Shown here one piece after another: positions 19,293 to 29,392 of a stretch of 64,000 bases of DNA (its first letter is position 1; the number at the start of each line of letters is the position of its first letter). This stretch comes from Terriglobia bacterium (GTDB lineage Bacteria > Acidobacteriota > Terriglobia > Versatilivoradales > Versatilivoraceae). The DNA lies in NCBI GenBank assembly GCA_046331665.1, contig JAXLQK010000013.1:56220-120219 (forward strand). Direction: 5' to 3'. A program made the position numbers and the translations under genes. The notes below the pieces were generated by a model. The model ran no database searches and was not told the origin of the DNA. It saw only the letters and a list, made by a program, of their open reading frames with translations.

Positions 19293-19400
19293 CACTTATC
19301 GGCTATTGGAAACCGGCTATTTTGATCCTGATTCAGAAACTATGGGGCGAGCGGCTCGCGGGATCAAGAAAATCTTGGTCCCTATTCGAGGGGGATTGAC

Positions 19401-19634
19401 TCATTGAGGGTTAAAGGGATGCGTCTCTTGTGGGTCGATTCTCGGGATCTCGGTCATTAGTGAAGCGATGATTACGCGCGCTTCCAACGCCCCCTTGACA
19501 ACTAGATTGATTCTTTCCTTCTCCTTGTCTCCGTGCAGACTAAGCTGGAGGAGTTCGGCATAAGCGAGGATTTGAGCGACCTTGTTATTTAGCTGATGGA
19601 GTGAATCCCTGGTCTTTTTCACATTGAGTTCCAT
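19401..19634 (-). CDS. Stand-alone HisKA/DHp-like mini-protein (77 aa)
   Basis: SLHQLNNKVAQILAYAELL aligns with the H-box of the upstream hybrid kinase (VAHDFNNLLAGILGKTQVL), sharing His, NN, A and IL at identical spacing. There is no ATPase domain. It starts 30 nt after the bEBP gene on the same strand. Confidence 0.5.
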   Translation of the reverse strand: MELNVKKTRDSLHQLNNKVAQILAYAELLQLSLHGDKEKERINLVVKGALEARVIIASLMTEIPRIDPQETHPFNPQ

Positions 19635-19664
19635 AATCCTATGACCCTTCGCGGAAATTATTTT

Positions 19665-21077
19665 TCAGGCTACATGTCCTTTTTCCGTCTCGGGATCCCC
19701 CCCGAGGTCGAAACGCCTTAACTTCTCGATCAAGGTTGTCCTCTTGAGATTAAGCAGTTTGGCAGCCTTGTTCTTATTGCCCCCGGTCTTTTCCAGGCTC
19801 AGAAGAATGAGCTCCTTTTCCAGGATGGAGACCCGGTCATTCAGGTCGATCCCTTCATCGGGAATAAACAACTGGCTCTGCATCAAATGGTTTTTGGGAT
19901 CCTGGATTTCGACTGGAAGGTCGGAGGGCAAGATAATTTCCCGGGCTCCCAGAAGCGCGATGGCCCGCTCCATCGCATTCTCAAGTTGCCGTACGTTTCC
20001 CGGCCACGTATAGCTCATCAGGCTTTTCATGGCGTCCTGTGAAACCGTCTTTGTTTCCACGTTCCCACAGAATTTCTTGATGAAATGCCGGGCGAGCAAG
20101 GGGATATCGTCTCTTCGCTGGCGGAGAGACGGCATTTGGATGGGGATGACATTCAGACGGTAATACAGATCACTGCGAAACTGGTTTTGGTCGACCATTT
20201 CTCGCAGATCAGCACTCGTGGCGGCGATAATTCGAACGTCAACCCGGATGGTCTCTGCCCCCCCAACTCTTTCAAATTCTCTTTCTTGAAGCACCCGCAG
20301 TAACTTGACCTGAAGCGAGGGACTCATGTTCCCAATTTCATCGAGAAAAATGGTCCCTTTGTCAGCCTGTTCGAATCTGCCGATTCGGGTTTGATGGGCT
20401 CCAGTGAAAGCACCTTTTACATGTCCAAACAGCTCGCTCTCAAGCAAGGCCTCTGGTATAGCCCCGCAATTGATGCAGACAATTTTTTGTTCCCGGCGCT
20501 GACTGTTGAAATGGATGGCTTTGGCAATAAGTTCTTTGCCAGTCCCCGTCTCTCCAGTAATTAACACCGTGCTTGTGGTCGCCGAGATCGTTTCCACCAG
20601 CTGGAAAATTTCCTGCATGCATTTGCTATTTCCGATAATACTCTCGATCCTGTACTTCTCTTTGAGTTGGGTTTTCAAATAGGCGTTTTCTTCTCGGAGC
20701 CGGCGCTTTTCCAGGGCCTGCCGCAGAACGTGAGAGATTTCCAACAACTGGAATGGCTTGGCAATATATTCATACGCTCCTTCCTTCATGGCCTGGACGG
20801 CACTCTCCACGGTTCCATAGCCCGTGATGATGATGCCGATCAGTTCGGGATAGAGGGCCAGGGCGCCCTTTAGAACGGCAGTCCCGTCGATGCCCGGCAG
20901 TTTCATATCGGTCACCAGGATATCGAAGGGAAGCATCCGCAACAGTTCCAGCGCCTCTTCTCCATTGGACGAGGCTTGAACCTGGTATCCTTCGCCGTTC
21001 AGGTACGTCACGATGGCATCTCGAAAATCGGTCTCATCATCAACGATCAGAATGGATTCTCGTTTCGTTCTTTCCAT
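19665..21077 (-). CDS. Sigma-54-dependent response regulator (NtrC family)
   Basis: From ATG at 21077: MERTKRESILIVDDETDF... (receiver), an AAA+ domain with GAFTGA, and a C-terminal HTH (NKNKAAKLLNLKRTTL). Confidence 0.9.
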   Translation of the reverse strand: MERTKRESILIVDDETDFRDAIVTYLNGEGYQVQASSNGEEALELLRMLPFDILVTDMKLPGIDGTAVLKGALALYPELIGIIITGYGTVESAVQAMKEGAYEYIAKPFQLLEISHVLRQALEKRRLREENAYLKTQLKEKYRIESIIGNSKCMQEIFQLVETISATTSTVLITGETGTGKELIAKAIHFNSQRREQKIVCINCGAIPEALLESELFGHVKGAFTGAHQTRIGRFEQADKGTIFLDEIGNMSPSLQVKLLRVLQEREFERVGGAETIRVDVRIIAATSADLREMVDQNQFRSDLYYRLNVIPIQMPSLRQRRDDIPLLARHFIKKFCGNVETKTVSQDAMKSLMSYTWPGNVRQLENAMERAIALLGAREIILPSDLPVEIQDPKNHLMQSQLFIPDEGIDLNDRVSILEKELILLSLEKTGGNKNKAAKLLNLKRTTLIEKLRRFDLGGDPETEKGHVA

Positions 21078-21121
21078 CGCTTTTGTTCCGGATGAAGGGC
21101 AAACGATTGCTTGGACTGGAT

Positions 21122-23917
21122 TCAGTTCGATTGAGAACGACCCAACACCATTTTCACGGCACTGAGGAGGTCTTGCATTTGGCAAGGCTTCGAGAGCACC
21201 AGGCTAATGCCCGATTCTTTGACTCGGGCATCGTCTAATTGAATGTTCCAGCCGCTCAAAAGCACAATAGGCACCTTCGGATCGGTAGACCGGATCTTCT
21301 TGGCAATTTCCCAACCCGTCATCCCCGGCAACCCCAGGTCCGAAAAGATCACATCATAATGACCTGCCTGGAATAAGGCAATAGCTTCCGGTCCATTGGC
21401 CGCCACATCCACTCGATATCCATGCATCGACAGCATCTCTGCCATGAATTCGCGGATCACTTCTTCGTCGTCAATCACTAAGAGACGAATGCTTTCCTCT
21501 TTTGGCCCTACGACGTGGGTCGGAAGAACCTCTGCTGTTTTGCTGGCGGCAGGGAGCGCAATCACGCAGGTTGTCCCCTGGCCAAGAATGCTCGAGACCC
21601 GGATATCTCCGTGGTGCCGTCGCACAATCCCATAGGTGACACTCATCCCTAACCCTGCACCTTTGGGTCCTTTCGTTGAAAAGAAAGGGTCGAAAATCTT
21701 TCGTCGGACTTCTTCAGGCATTCCAATCCCGGAATCAATGATGCGAATCGCCACCGTAGCGTTTGATTCATTTTCTTCAAGGGAGGTCGCCACGCGGACC
21801 GTGCCGCCGTCGGGCATGGCTTCCAGGGCGTTGCGAAGCACATTCCGGACCGCATCGATGAGTTCAGCACGGCTCCCGCACACAGGAGGAACAACCCCTG
21901 CCTCAAACTGAACATCGATTTGGATCCCATTTGCCCTCGATTGGTCAAGCCAGAGGGGCCGCAGGCTATTGATCGCTTCTTCGACCACTTCATTGACCTG
22001 GACGTCTTGAAAAAACTGGTTGGCGCCAATCCGAGTAAAATCCTGGATGCGCCGCACGGTTTGAGCTCCTTGAATGCTCTTGGCCTCGATGGTCTGAAGA
22101 TCGGCCTTCATGCTAGGGACATCGGTTGGCGGGCCTTGTTCGAGTTGCTTGATCAGGACTTGAGTCTTTCCCAGAATCCCCGCCAGCAAATTATTAAAAT
22201 CGTGAGCCACTCCGTTGGCCATTTCGCCGAGGGCGGTGAGACGTTCAAGTTCGACAATTTGGGATTGAAGCTTTCTTTGTTCAGTCACATCTTTTCCGAC
22301 AAACAACCAGGCAAAAAGGCGCCCTTCTGCCGTGTAGACGGGTGTGGTCGAGATCTCAAAATACCCGTTGAGCCGCTTATCCTCAAACTCCACCGAAATA
22401 ACTTTATCTCTTACATACATTTCTTCCCTTTGATGATGGCACCAGGGAGACTGGGGATCTTGAAAAATATCGACCGCTTTTCGATTCACGATGTCGCGCG
22501 GCAGTAATTTCAGCCTTCGGGCCAGCGCCTGATTGACCCGGGTAATTCTTCCTTCCGCGTCCTGCGTATAAACGAGTTCGGTCATCGTATCAAAGGTCGT
22601 CTCCCATTCCCTTTTGGCTTCCTGGACCACGTTGAACAATCGGGCATTGCTCAAGGCAATGCTGATCTGTTTCACGATGGGATTGAGGATTTCGAGTTCA
22701 TCGCTCCTCAGGTCTTTCCGAATGTGCCGGCCTCCAAATAAGAACCCCATGACTTCTTCATTGAAGAAGAATGGGAACAGGAAATAGGAGCGGATCCGCT
22801 CTTCCGCGCAAATTTCCTTAATCTGGTTCGATGGTCTCGAAACCGGCTCTTCCTCCACTTCACGATTGGTCAGCGGGCGCACTCCATTCCCAACTCTTTT
22901 GACCAGATCTTCCTGGAGTGATTTTTCTGCCAGGCGTTGCAGGAACCGGGCGGAGAGGTTCTGGGAGGTTACCACTCGGGAAAACGTTTCGTCGAAAGTA
23001 CAAATCAGAACCGCACCGCAACTCAACTCCGCCAGGTCATAAATCCGCGCCAAGGCGCCTTTGGAAATCTCCTCAATCTCCAGCGTATGGGAAATCGCAG
23101 ATGAAACAGACACCATGGCCATCAACTCGCGGTTTTTCTGGAGGATCTGTTTTTCGAGAGCGACGCGGTCGGTGCAATCCCGCGCAATTCCCTGATACGC
23201 CATGACCTTCTGTTGAGAAACGATCTTGGAAAGACTCAATTCCAGATTCCGCACTTTTCCCTGCTTCGTGACAACTTCTAATTCAATCAGGTTTCGATTT
23301 TCTCCAAGCCGGCACGGATGCAATAATTCCTCCAACTTGGGAGGATCGTCGGGGTTCAAGAAATTCGCCAGATTCTTCCCAACGACTTCTTCAGGTGAGT
23401 AGCCAAGAATCTCCCGGACCCGATTGGTGACAAAGCTGATCGTCCGGGAAGGGTCCATTACAAAAATCAAATCATTGGCATTCTCCGCAAGATTTTTGTA
23501 TCGCTCTTCGGCTTCTTTGAGCTGCCCTTCCAGATTGGATTTCTCAATCGCGCCTTCCAGGACCTGCGGCAATTTAAGGAGATATCCCTTACTCTTGACG
23601 AGATACTCACTCGCCCCGGCCTTCATGGCATGGACGGCAATTTCTTCGTCGCCTTGTCCCGTTACCATGACGAGCGGGAGCTGCCAGCCGCGACGCCGGA
23701 TCTCCTGAATCAACTCAACACCATTCATTCCGGGAAGCGTATAATCCAGGATGACCGCCGACCATTCCTCTCCGGAAAGCTGTCGGACGCACTCTTCTCC
23801 GGTCGTCACGGTCCGGATCCGCACGTCTTCGATTTGCTTGAGCAACGTCCTCTCCACGGCGAAGGCCTGGTGAGGATTGTCTTCAACGATGAGGAGATGG
23901 AGCGGGTATGAGATCAT
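21122..23917 (-). CDS. Hybrid sensor histidine kinase (REC-PAS-GAF-PAS-HisKA-HATPase-REC)
   Basis: 931-aa ORF with an N-terminal receiver (LLIVEDN...VILDYTLPGMNG), the H-box AHDFNNLL, G-boxes DSGIGM / GAGLGMS and a C-terminal receiver (LLVIDDEE...IFSDLGLPGMTG). Confidence 0.9.
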   Translation of the reverse strand: MISYPLHLLIVEDNPHQAFAVERTLLKQIEDVRIRTVTTGEECVRQLSGEEWSAVILDYTLPGMNGVELIQEIRRRGWQLPLVMVTGQGDEEIAVHAMKAGASEYLVKSKGYLLKLPQVLEGAIEKSNLEGQLKEAEERYKNLAENANDLIFVMDPSRTISFVTNRVREILGYSPEEVVGKNLANFLNPDDPPKLEELLHPCRLGENRNLIELEVVTKQGKVRNLELSLSKIVSQQKVMAYQGIARDCTDRVALEKQILQKNRELMAMVSVSSAISHTLEIEEISKGALARIYDLAELSCGAVLICTFDETFSRVVTSQNLSARFLQRLAEKSLQEDLVKRVGNGVRPLTNREVEEEPVSRPSNQIKEICAEERIRSYFLFPFFFNEEVMGFLFGGRHIRKDLRSDELEILNPIVKQISIALSNARLFNVVQEAKREWETTFDTMTELVYTQDAEGRITRVNQALARRLKLLPRDIVNRKAVDIFQDPQSPWCHHQREEMYVRDKVISVEFEDKRLNGYFEISTTPVYTAEGRLFAWLFVGKDVTEQRKLQSQIVELERLTALGEMANGVAHDFNNLLAGILGKTQVLIKQLEQGPPTDVPSMKADLQTIEAKSIQGAQTVRRIQDFTRIGANQFFQDVQVNEVVEEAINSLRPLWLDQSRANGIQIDVQFEAGVVPPVCGSRAELIDAVRNVLRNALEAMPDGGTVRVATSLEENESNATVAIRIIDSGIGMPEEVRRKIFDPFFSTKGPKGAGLGMSVTYGIVRRHHGDIRVSSILGQGTTCVIALPAASKTAEVLPTHVVGPKEESIRLLVIDDEEVIREFMAEMLSMHGYRVDVAANGPEAIALFQAGHYDVIFSDLGLPGMTGWEIAKKIRSTDPKVPIVLLSGWNIQLDDARVKESGISLVLSKPCQMQDLLSAVKMVLGRSQSN

Positions 23918-24162
23918 TCGACGTCGCTTGAGCCAAGAGAACCAAAAATTCCGGCTGGCTATCTACCGAAGATTCCTAAATATAACATTGCCAGAACACC
24001 GCAGGATCGGCACACTTCTCCTTACCGATTCCTTAGTCAATTCATCGACAAGAAATCTTATTCTTCTTATGAAATAATATCCACGGACCTTGGGGAATCA
24101 AAGGATCAGGCAGTTCTCAGTCAATGAAGGAAAGGATCTGAAAAAACAACATCTTACACGAG

Positions 24163-24621
24163 GTGACTCGGATGCCCATCCAGGAACAAATCCAGGCGGA
24201 ACTCACCGCGGCCATGAAGGCCAGGGAGGCCCTCAAAATCGATGTACTCCGGGGGATTAAGACGGCACTCAAGCTCAAAGAGGTGGAAAAAATGCGCGCC
24301 TTGTCAGATCCCGAAGCCTTGCAAGTCATCCACACTTTGGTGAAGCAGCGTAAAGACTCAATCGAGCAGTTTGCCGCGGGAGGAAGAATGGATTTGGTTT
24401 CTCGTGAAGAAGCCGAGTTAAGAATTCTCGAAGGTTACTTGCCCGCCCCCATTGGAGAACAGGACATCCGAACCGTTGTCCTGGAAGTTATTTCAGAACT
24501 GCAAGCGAACAGCAGCAAGGACATCGGCCGCGTGATGAAAACGGTAATGGGACGATTTACCGGGAAAAATGTGGACGGGAAACTGGTCAATGAGATCGTT
24601 CGGTCACAGCTGGGGAACTGA
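24163..24621 (+). CDS. GatB/YqeY domain protein
   Basis: 152-aa ORF: IQEQIQAELTAAMKAREALKIDVLRGIKTALK... Confidence 0.85.
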   Translation: MTRMPIQEQIQAELTAAMKAREALKIDVLRGIKTALKLKEVEKMRALSDPEALQVIHTLVKQRKDSIEQFAAGGRMDLVSREEAELRILEGYLPAPIGEQDIRTVVLEVISELQANSSKDIGRVMKTVMGRFTGKNVDGKLVNEIVRSQLGN

Positions 24622-24634
24622 AGCCCGCTCTTCT

Positions 24635-25444
24635 TTAGTGGATAACGGTCCCCTTGCCTGCCATCGCGGAACGAATGGGATTTTGAACCCTGGCATCGGC
24701 AAAGATTACTTCCCGGACTCCTTCTCGAATAGCCTCCACGGCGCCCAAGACCTTCTTCTTCATGCGCCCTTGGGCAAACGAAGCATATTTCTCCATCTCA
24801 GTGATCCGAATCTCTGTGATGAGGCTCGATTCGTCCCTTACATCTCGTAAAAGACCCGGCACATTGGAAAGAATGATTAATTGATCAACTTTCAAAGCTG
24901 CCGCCGTCATGGCAGCAGCGCGGTCTCCGTCGACGTTGATGGCCTCACCTTCATAACTAATCGCCGGAGGACTCAGAACGATCGTGGCTTGATGGTCCAT
25001 CAAAAGACGGATCAAGGGCAGATTAATCTTCTCGACCCTGCCGGTATAATCATCTCGTAAAACTCTCTTTTTCCCCTTATCCATGATGACGATGGACGAC
25101 TTTCTACTCCCTTCCCAGATCCGGCCATCCATCCCGGAGAGACCGAGGGCATTGACGCCACGGGATTGAAGCTTCTCAACGATCCCCTTGTTCATCTTTC
25201 CGCAATAAACCATTTCAAATATTTCCAGGGTTTCGCGGTCCGTGTAGCGTGACTCATACCCGGAGACCGAAGTGACCATGACGGGAGGTTTCCCCAACTT
25301 CTCTGAAACAAGATTCGTCTCTGCGGAGCCGCCATGGATTAAAAGGGCCAGCTCCCCCGATTTAACCAACGCAGCGAGATCATCACAAACGGCGTTGTAG
25401 TCGATCCCCAAACTCCCGCCTACTTTGATGACAAGCATCAACAC
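24635..25444 (-). CDS. lysZ: [LysW]-aminoadipate / acetylglutamate kinase
   Basis: 269-aa ORF. It looks collinear, as I recall it, with Thermus LysZ (VIKVGGS...LLIHGGSAETN...RETLEIFEMVYCG...AINVDGD...AQGRMKKKVLGAVEA). Confidence 0.8.
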   Translation of the reverse strand: MLMLVIKVGGSLGIDYNAVCDDLAALVKSGELALLIHGGSAETNLVSEKLGKPPVMVTSVSGYESRYTDRETLEIFEMVYCGKMNKGIVEKLQSRGVNALGLSGMDGRIWEGSRKSSIVIMDKGKKRVLRDDYTGRVEKINLPLIRLLMDHQATIVLSPPAISYEGEAINVDGDRAAAMTAAALKVDQLIILSNVPGLLRDVRDESSLITEIRITEMEKYASFAQGRMKKKVLGAVEAIREGVREVIFADARVQNPIRSAMAGKGTVIH

Positions 25445-25480
25445 CTCTCCCTTGCTTGATTCGACAGCTGGAGAACCGGC

Positions 25481-26551
25481 CTACATGTTCTTGAGGATCC
25501 AATCGACAACGATTTGGGCCACTTCCGGAGTTTCAGAGACAAGCTGCGCCCCCTTGAGACTTGAGTTCGAGATGATTCGAACCTGGACAGGGAAGCCTGT
25601 CTGCGATTCCAGCCGGCGCGATGCATCGGTGGAAGGAGGATCTCCTTGAGCAGCCACATAGAGGACCGAGTGAGGTTGAAAATTCTGAATCCCATTGGCC
25701 CAGCCCAAAGCGCTCTCGGCCATGGGAGACAAGGCAACGGCCGTACGAATCTCCTCAAATTTCCCGGAGGCAAAATAAGCCAGGTCGGCACCCAGGCTCT
25801 CGCCGATACAGGCAATGCGGCTGGTGTCAATTTCCGGTTTCGCCTTCAGCCATTTCACCGCCGCGGTGATGTCGGCAGGGAATTGATTCGGGTCAGACAC
25901 CCAGCTCGGCTGAACCTGTACAATCTCTGCCCCCTTCGACGTGCTTTTCCCGTGACCACTCAAGTCCAGGTTCAGGACGCCGAACCCTTTGGGGAGCAAA
26001 TAAGATTGAATAAACGTGTCCCAAACATGCCGATCCCGGCCAAAGCCGTGAATCAGAAGAATGGCCGGAGCCTTTTCTTTACCCCCCGATGGCGCATACC
26101 AATCGCCCTTTAACCTGAACCCGTTGGCCGCTTCCAATTCGACTTCGAGGGTCACCGGGCCGACAGAGGCCTTGGCGGTGCCAACCTTAATCGGGTTGAT
26201 CAAGGCCAAGGTAAAGTAATTATCGAGCCGATTGAGATAGCGACTCACCGTCATTTTCTCAGAGCTCAAATTCCTGGATTCGGCGTGGACGATATAGTCG
26301 ATTTTTGTGTCCAGCCCATAGATGGAAAATACTCCCGACTCATCCGAAACAAGCACGGTGGTCGTGTTTTTCGAGGTATTTTGGATAAACACCTTGGCTC
26401 CGGCCACCGCCTGATTCTCCCGGTCCACCACCTGTCCGCGGATGGTTTTTGTCGGGGGCTCCTTTTTTTTCAAGGCCCAGGCCTGCTGGCCAAAAAGGAC
26501 CAGCGAAATCACCGCCATCATGAGAAGTCCGACCCTCTTTTGTACTCCCAT
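25481..26551 (-). CDS. Secreted alpha/beta hydrolase with N-terminal carboxypeptidase-regulatory-like domain
   Basis: Signal peptide from ATG at 26551 (MGVQKRVGLLMMAVISLVLFG), then GQVVDRENQAVAGAKVFI (CarboxypepD_reg-like), then ILLIHGFG...IGESLGA (nucleophile elbow). Confidence 0.7.
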   Translation of the reverse strand: MGVQKRVGLLMMAVISLVLFGQQAWALKKKEPPTKTIRGQVVDRENQAVAGAKVFIQNTSKNTTTVLVSDESGVFSIYGLDTKIDYIVHAESRNLSSEKMTVSRYLNRLDNYFTLALINPIKVGTAKASVGPVTLEVELEAANGFRLKGDWYAPSGGKEKAPAILLIHGFGRDRHVWDTFIQSYLLPKGFGVLNLDLSGHGKSTSKGAEIVQVQPSWVSDPNQFPADITAAVKWLKAKPEIDTSRIACIGESLGADLAYFASGKFEEIRTAVALSPMAESALGWANGIQNFQPHSVLYVAAQGDPPSTDASRRLESQTGFPVQVRIISNSSLKGAQLVSETPEVAQIVVDWILKNM

Positions 26552-26589
26552 TCCCGTTCGCATCTCTCTCAAGATATCGCCCCTCAAGC

Positions 26590-27021
26590 CTAAGGCTTCT
26601 TGGATGTTCCCGGCTCGAATTTCAGCATGACATCTTCGCGCTCGTCTTCAACAAAAGAAACTTTCTGTTGCAGATCAATGAAGCCTTCCCTCGAGCCATT
26701 AACCAAAAATGTATGGCGACCCGCCGGAAGACGAACTGCAAATTCACCTCGTGCATCCGAAATGGCCTGCCATATTTTTTTCTTGCCGGATTTGCTTTCC
26801 CCGGCTTCCATCTCAATGCGGACCTTGACGCCCGGAAGGGTGTGTCCACTTCCGTCGAAACAGCTCCCCATGAGCAATGCGTAGGGCTCTCCCCCTTTGT
26901 CTTTGGCTGCCCCACTCGCTGCAAGCCAGAGGAGAAGCAATCCCCCACCGCCAATGATTTGCCACTTCCGGGCCTTGGGCCGTGGCGCGCTGCCTCGAAC
27001 CTTCTTCGGGTGATAACGCAT
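26590..27021 (-). CDS. Membrane-anchored carboxypeptidase-regulatory-like domain protein
   Basis: 143-aa ORF with an N-terminal TM segment, then GHTLPGVKVRIEME...DARGEFAVRLPAG. Confidence 0.55.
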   Translation of the reverse strand: MRYHPKKVRGSAPRPKARKWQIIGGGGLLLLWLAASGAAKDKGGEPYALLMGSCFDGSGHTLPGVKVRIEMEAGESKSGKKKIWQAISDARGEFAVRLPAGRHTFLVNGSREGFIDLQQKVSFVEDEREDVMLKFEPGTSKKP

Positions 27022-27091
27022 GGAACCTCTTAGAACCTCCCATAAACGCCAGAAAGCTCCACATTTTCTAGGCGATCTATATTCATGCGCA

Positions 27092-28135
27092 CTAAATGGG
27101 ATGAAGACCCGCGAATTCCAATCCGCTTCGCTCTTCCCATCGGTACATCACATTCATCGCCTGGACACCATTGCCAGCCGCGCCTTTCATCAGATTATCC
27201 AAGGCAGCCATCACCACCAGCCGATTCTCGTGCGGGTCCAGTTCGAATCCCACGTCACAATAGTTTGAGCCGACCAGCAGTTTCGGTTCAGGATAGCGAT
27301 ACACTCCGCCCTTTTCCTTCACGATTCGGAGAAAGGGCTCTTCTCGATAGGCGCCCCGGTATACTTTCCAAATCTCCTTTTCTTCGGTCGGCTGTTTGAG
27401 CAAGACATGTGCCGTTGAAAGAATCCCCCGCACCGCGTCGGTGGCGGTGGCCGAAAAGTGAATTCGCGGAGAGACGCCGTCGAAGGTCAATTCCTGCCGT
27501 ATTTCGGCCGTATGGCGGTGGCCGGTGGGTTGAAACGAACGCAGTGCGCCGCTTCGTTCCGGGTGATGCGAGGATAAACTGAATTTATTCCCGGCCGCCG
27601 ACGAACCCACTTTCCCCTCGATAAAGACATGGCTGGGATCAGCGATTCCGGCTTTAAATAATGGATACAGGCCCAGGATGGCTGCAGTGGCCAGGCAACC
27701 TGCTCCTGTCACCAGAGAGGCGTCGCGAATCTCCTCCCGATGCAATTCCGGAACCCCATATACGGCCCGGCTCAAGGCGCCGGGATTGGAGTGTTCGTGG
27801 CCATACCAGACGGAATAGTCGGCCGCATTGCGCAGTCGGAAATCGGCAGAAAGGTCGATGATCCGCTCCGCCATACCCAAAAAATCCTCAATTCGGCTCA
27901 TGGCCATTCCGTGCGGCAGGCACAAAAACAACAAATCCGATTTCTTAAGATCGGCACTGGCGATAAATTTCAGATCCGTTCGCTTCCGCAAATTAGGATG
28001 AACCGAATACGCAAATTTCCCTGCATTTGACTCCGAGGTAACCTGAGTCACCCGCACCTGGGGGTGGTTCAACAGTAATCGTAATGTCTCCCCTCCGGTG
28101 TATCCGGAAGCGCCGACAATGGAAACCGAAAGCAT
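27092..28135 (-). CDS. lysY: N-acetyl-gamma-glutamyl-phosphate / [LysW]-aminoadipate-6-phosphate reductase
   Basis: From ATG at 28135: MLSVSIVGASGYTGGETLRLL... The catalytic GAGCLATA motif is present. Confidence 0.85.
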   Translation of the reverse strand: MLSVSIVGASGYTGGETLRLLLNHPQVRVTQVTSESNAGKFAYSVHPNLRKRTDLKFIASADLKKSDLLFLCLPHGMAMSRIEDFLGMAERIIDLSADFRLRNAADYSVWYGHEHSNPGALSRAVYGVPELHREEIRDASLVTGAGCLATAAILGLYPLFKAGIADPSHVFIEGKVGSSAAGNKFSLSSHHPERSGALRSFQPTGHRHTAEIRQELTFDGVSPRIHFSATATDAVRGILSTAHVLLKQPTEEKEIWKVYRGAYREEPFLRIVKEKGGVYRYPEPKLLVGSNYCDVGFELDPHENRLVVMAALDNLMKGAAGNGVQAMNVMYRWEERSGLEFAGLHPI

Positions 28136-28254
28136 GCTCCTCCTATAGACTTCTGGAAATGGGTCCCCACAGCTCCTCGCCTCGCAAAGAGGCAAAAACG
28201 GGCGGTGATGATACTGGCGTTCCGGGGGAGATCATCCCGCAGGGGAAAAAATTT

Positions 28255-29100
28255 TTAATGCGCACCCTGGGCAACACGGACGACATGATCAACCACCTTG
28301 GCAGGGATATTGACCCCTGTCGTCTCGATGGAATTTCTAAATTCCATCGTGTAATTCACTTCATTGACCAAGAGGCCCTCTTGGCTTTCGAAAAGATCAA
28401 TGGCCAGGACTCCTCCGCCGACCGCTTCGGCAGCAGCCAAGGAGAGGCGATTGATTTCAGGAGTAACAGGACAATTCTCAGCTTTTCCACCGCGCGCGGT
28501 GTTGGTGATCCAGTGCGAAGAATACCGGTAGATGGCACAGATCGTCTCCCCCCCCACCACAAAGCTCCGGATGTCCCTTCCTGCTTTGGGAACGTACTCC
28601 TGGATGTAGAAAATCGAGTGATGATAGGAGCCCAGGACTTCCTTATGTTCCAAGATGGCCTCGGCCGCTTCACGATCATTCACCTTCGACAGAAGCCGGC
28701 CCCAGGATCCTACCGCCGGTTTCAGAACCACCGGATATCCCAACTCTTCAATTGCCTGCAAGGCCGATTCTGGTGTAAACGCCAGCATCGTCTGGGGCGA
28801 AGGCACCTTGTTCCTAATCAGAGCGTTGGTGGTCAGAAATTTGTTACCGCAAGTATCTGCCACCTCAAAACGGTTCACCGTCTTGATTCCCCAGTCATTC
28901 AAGACCTTCAACGCATAAAGAGCACGGGAGTGATTCACACAGCGTTCGAGAACCACATCGAAATCCAGGTGTTTGGAATTCAAGCGAAAGATCATCTCGC
29001 GGTCGTCCAGAATTTGAAGATCGATCTTCCGGGAACGAAATTCATCGATGAGGAGCTTTTCCTCTTTACGAACAATGGAACACAGGAGTGCAATTTTCAT
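28255..29100 (-). CDS. lysX: Alpha-aminoadipate--LysW ligase (RimK/ATP-grasp)
   Basis: From ATG at 29100. It looks collinear, as I recall it, with Thermus LysX ([20 protein letters not shown]...EHKEVLG...FYIQEYV...[10 protein letters not shown]...[16 protein letters not shown]...[13 protein letters not shown]). Confidence 0.85.
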   Translation of the reverse strand: MKIALLCSIVRKEEKLLIDEFRSRKIDLQILDDREMIFRLNSKHLDFDVVLERCVNHSRALYALKVLNDWGIKTVNRFEVADTCGNKFLTTNALIRNKVPSPQTMLAFTPESALQAIEELGYPVVLKPAVGSWGRLLSKVNDREAAEAILEHKEVLGSYHHSIFYIQEYVPKAGRDIRSFVVGGETICAIYRYSSHWITNTARGGKAENCPVTPEINRLSLAAAEAVGGGVLAIDLFESQEGLLVNEVNYTMEFRNSIETTGVNIPAKVVDHVVRVAQGAH

Positions 29101-29230
29101 TATTCTCGCCAAAAAATAAAAAAACCACAGCAGCTTCAAGAATGCCCCACCCGTGGGGCGACTTGATTTTGTCTGTGGTTACGAACACAAAAGCAGAGTG
29201 GGATGCAGGCGGGAGACCTCACGTTCCAGC

Positions 29231-29392
29231 TTATTCTCCCCAATCTTCCTCTTCTTCCGGGGCCACTTCCAGCTCAACCGGATCCGTTCCGACCACTTCC
29301 AAATCGGCACCGCAATCAGGACAATTTACGATTTCACCCTTTTCAACATCTTCCAATTCAATCTCTGCCTCGCACTCGGGACAGTATGCCAC
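29231..29392 (-). CDS. lysW: Amino-group carrier protein LysW (53 aa)
   Basis: Missed by the ORF track because it is shorter than 60 aa. GTG start with GGAGG 8 nt upstream. It reads [53 protein letters not shown], with a zinc ribbon (CPEC...CPDC) and the diagnostic C-terminal EDWGE. Confidence 0.85.
   Translation of the reverse strand: MAYCPECEAEIELEDVEKGEIVNCPDCGADLEVVGTDPVELEVAPEEEEDWGE

Noticed and set aside
28084-29166. 360-aa ORF on the plus strand
   Set aside because: It is antisense to lysX, whose product looks collinear with Thermus LysX as I recall it. The antisense translation has no recognisable features.
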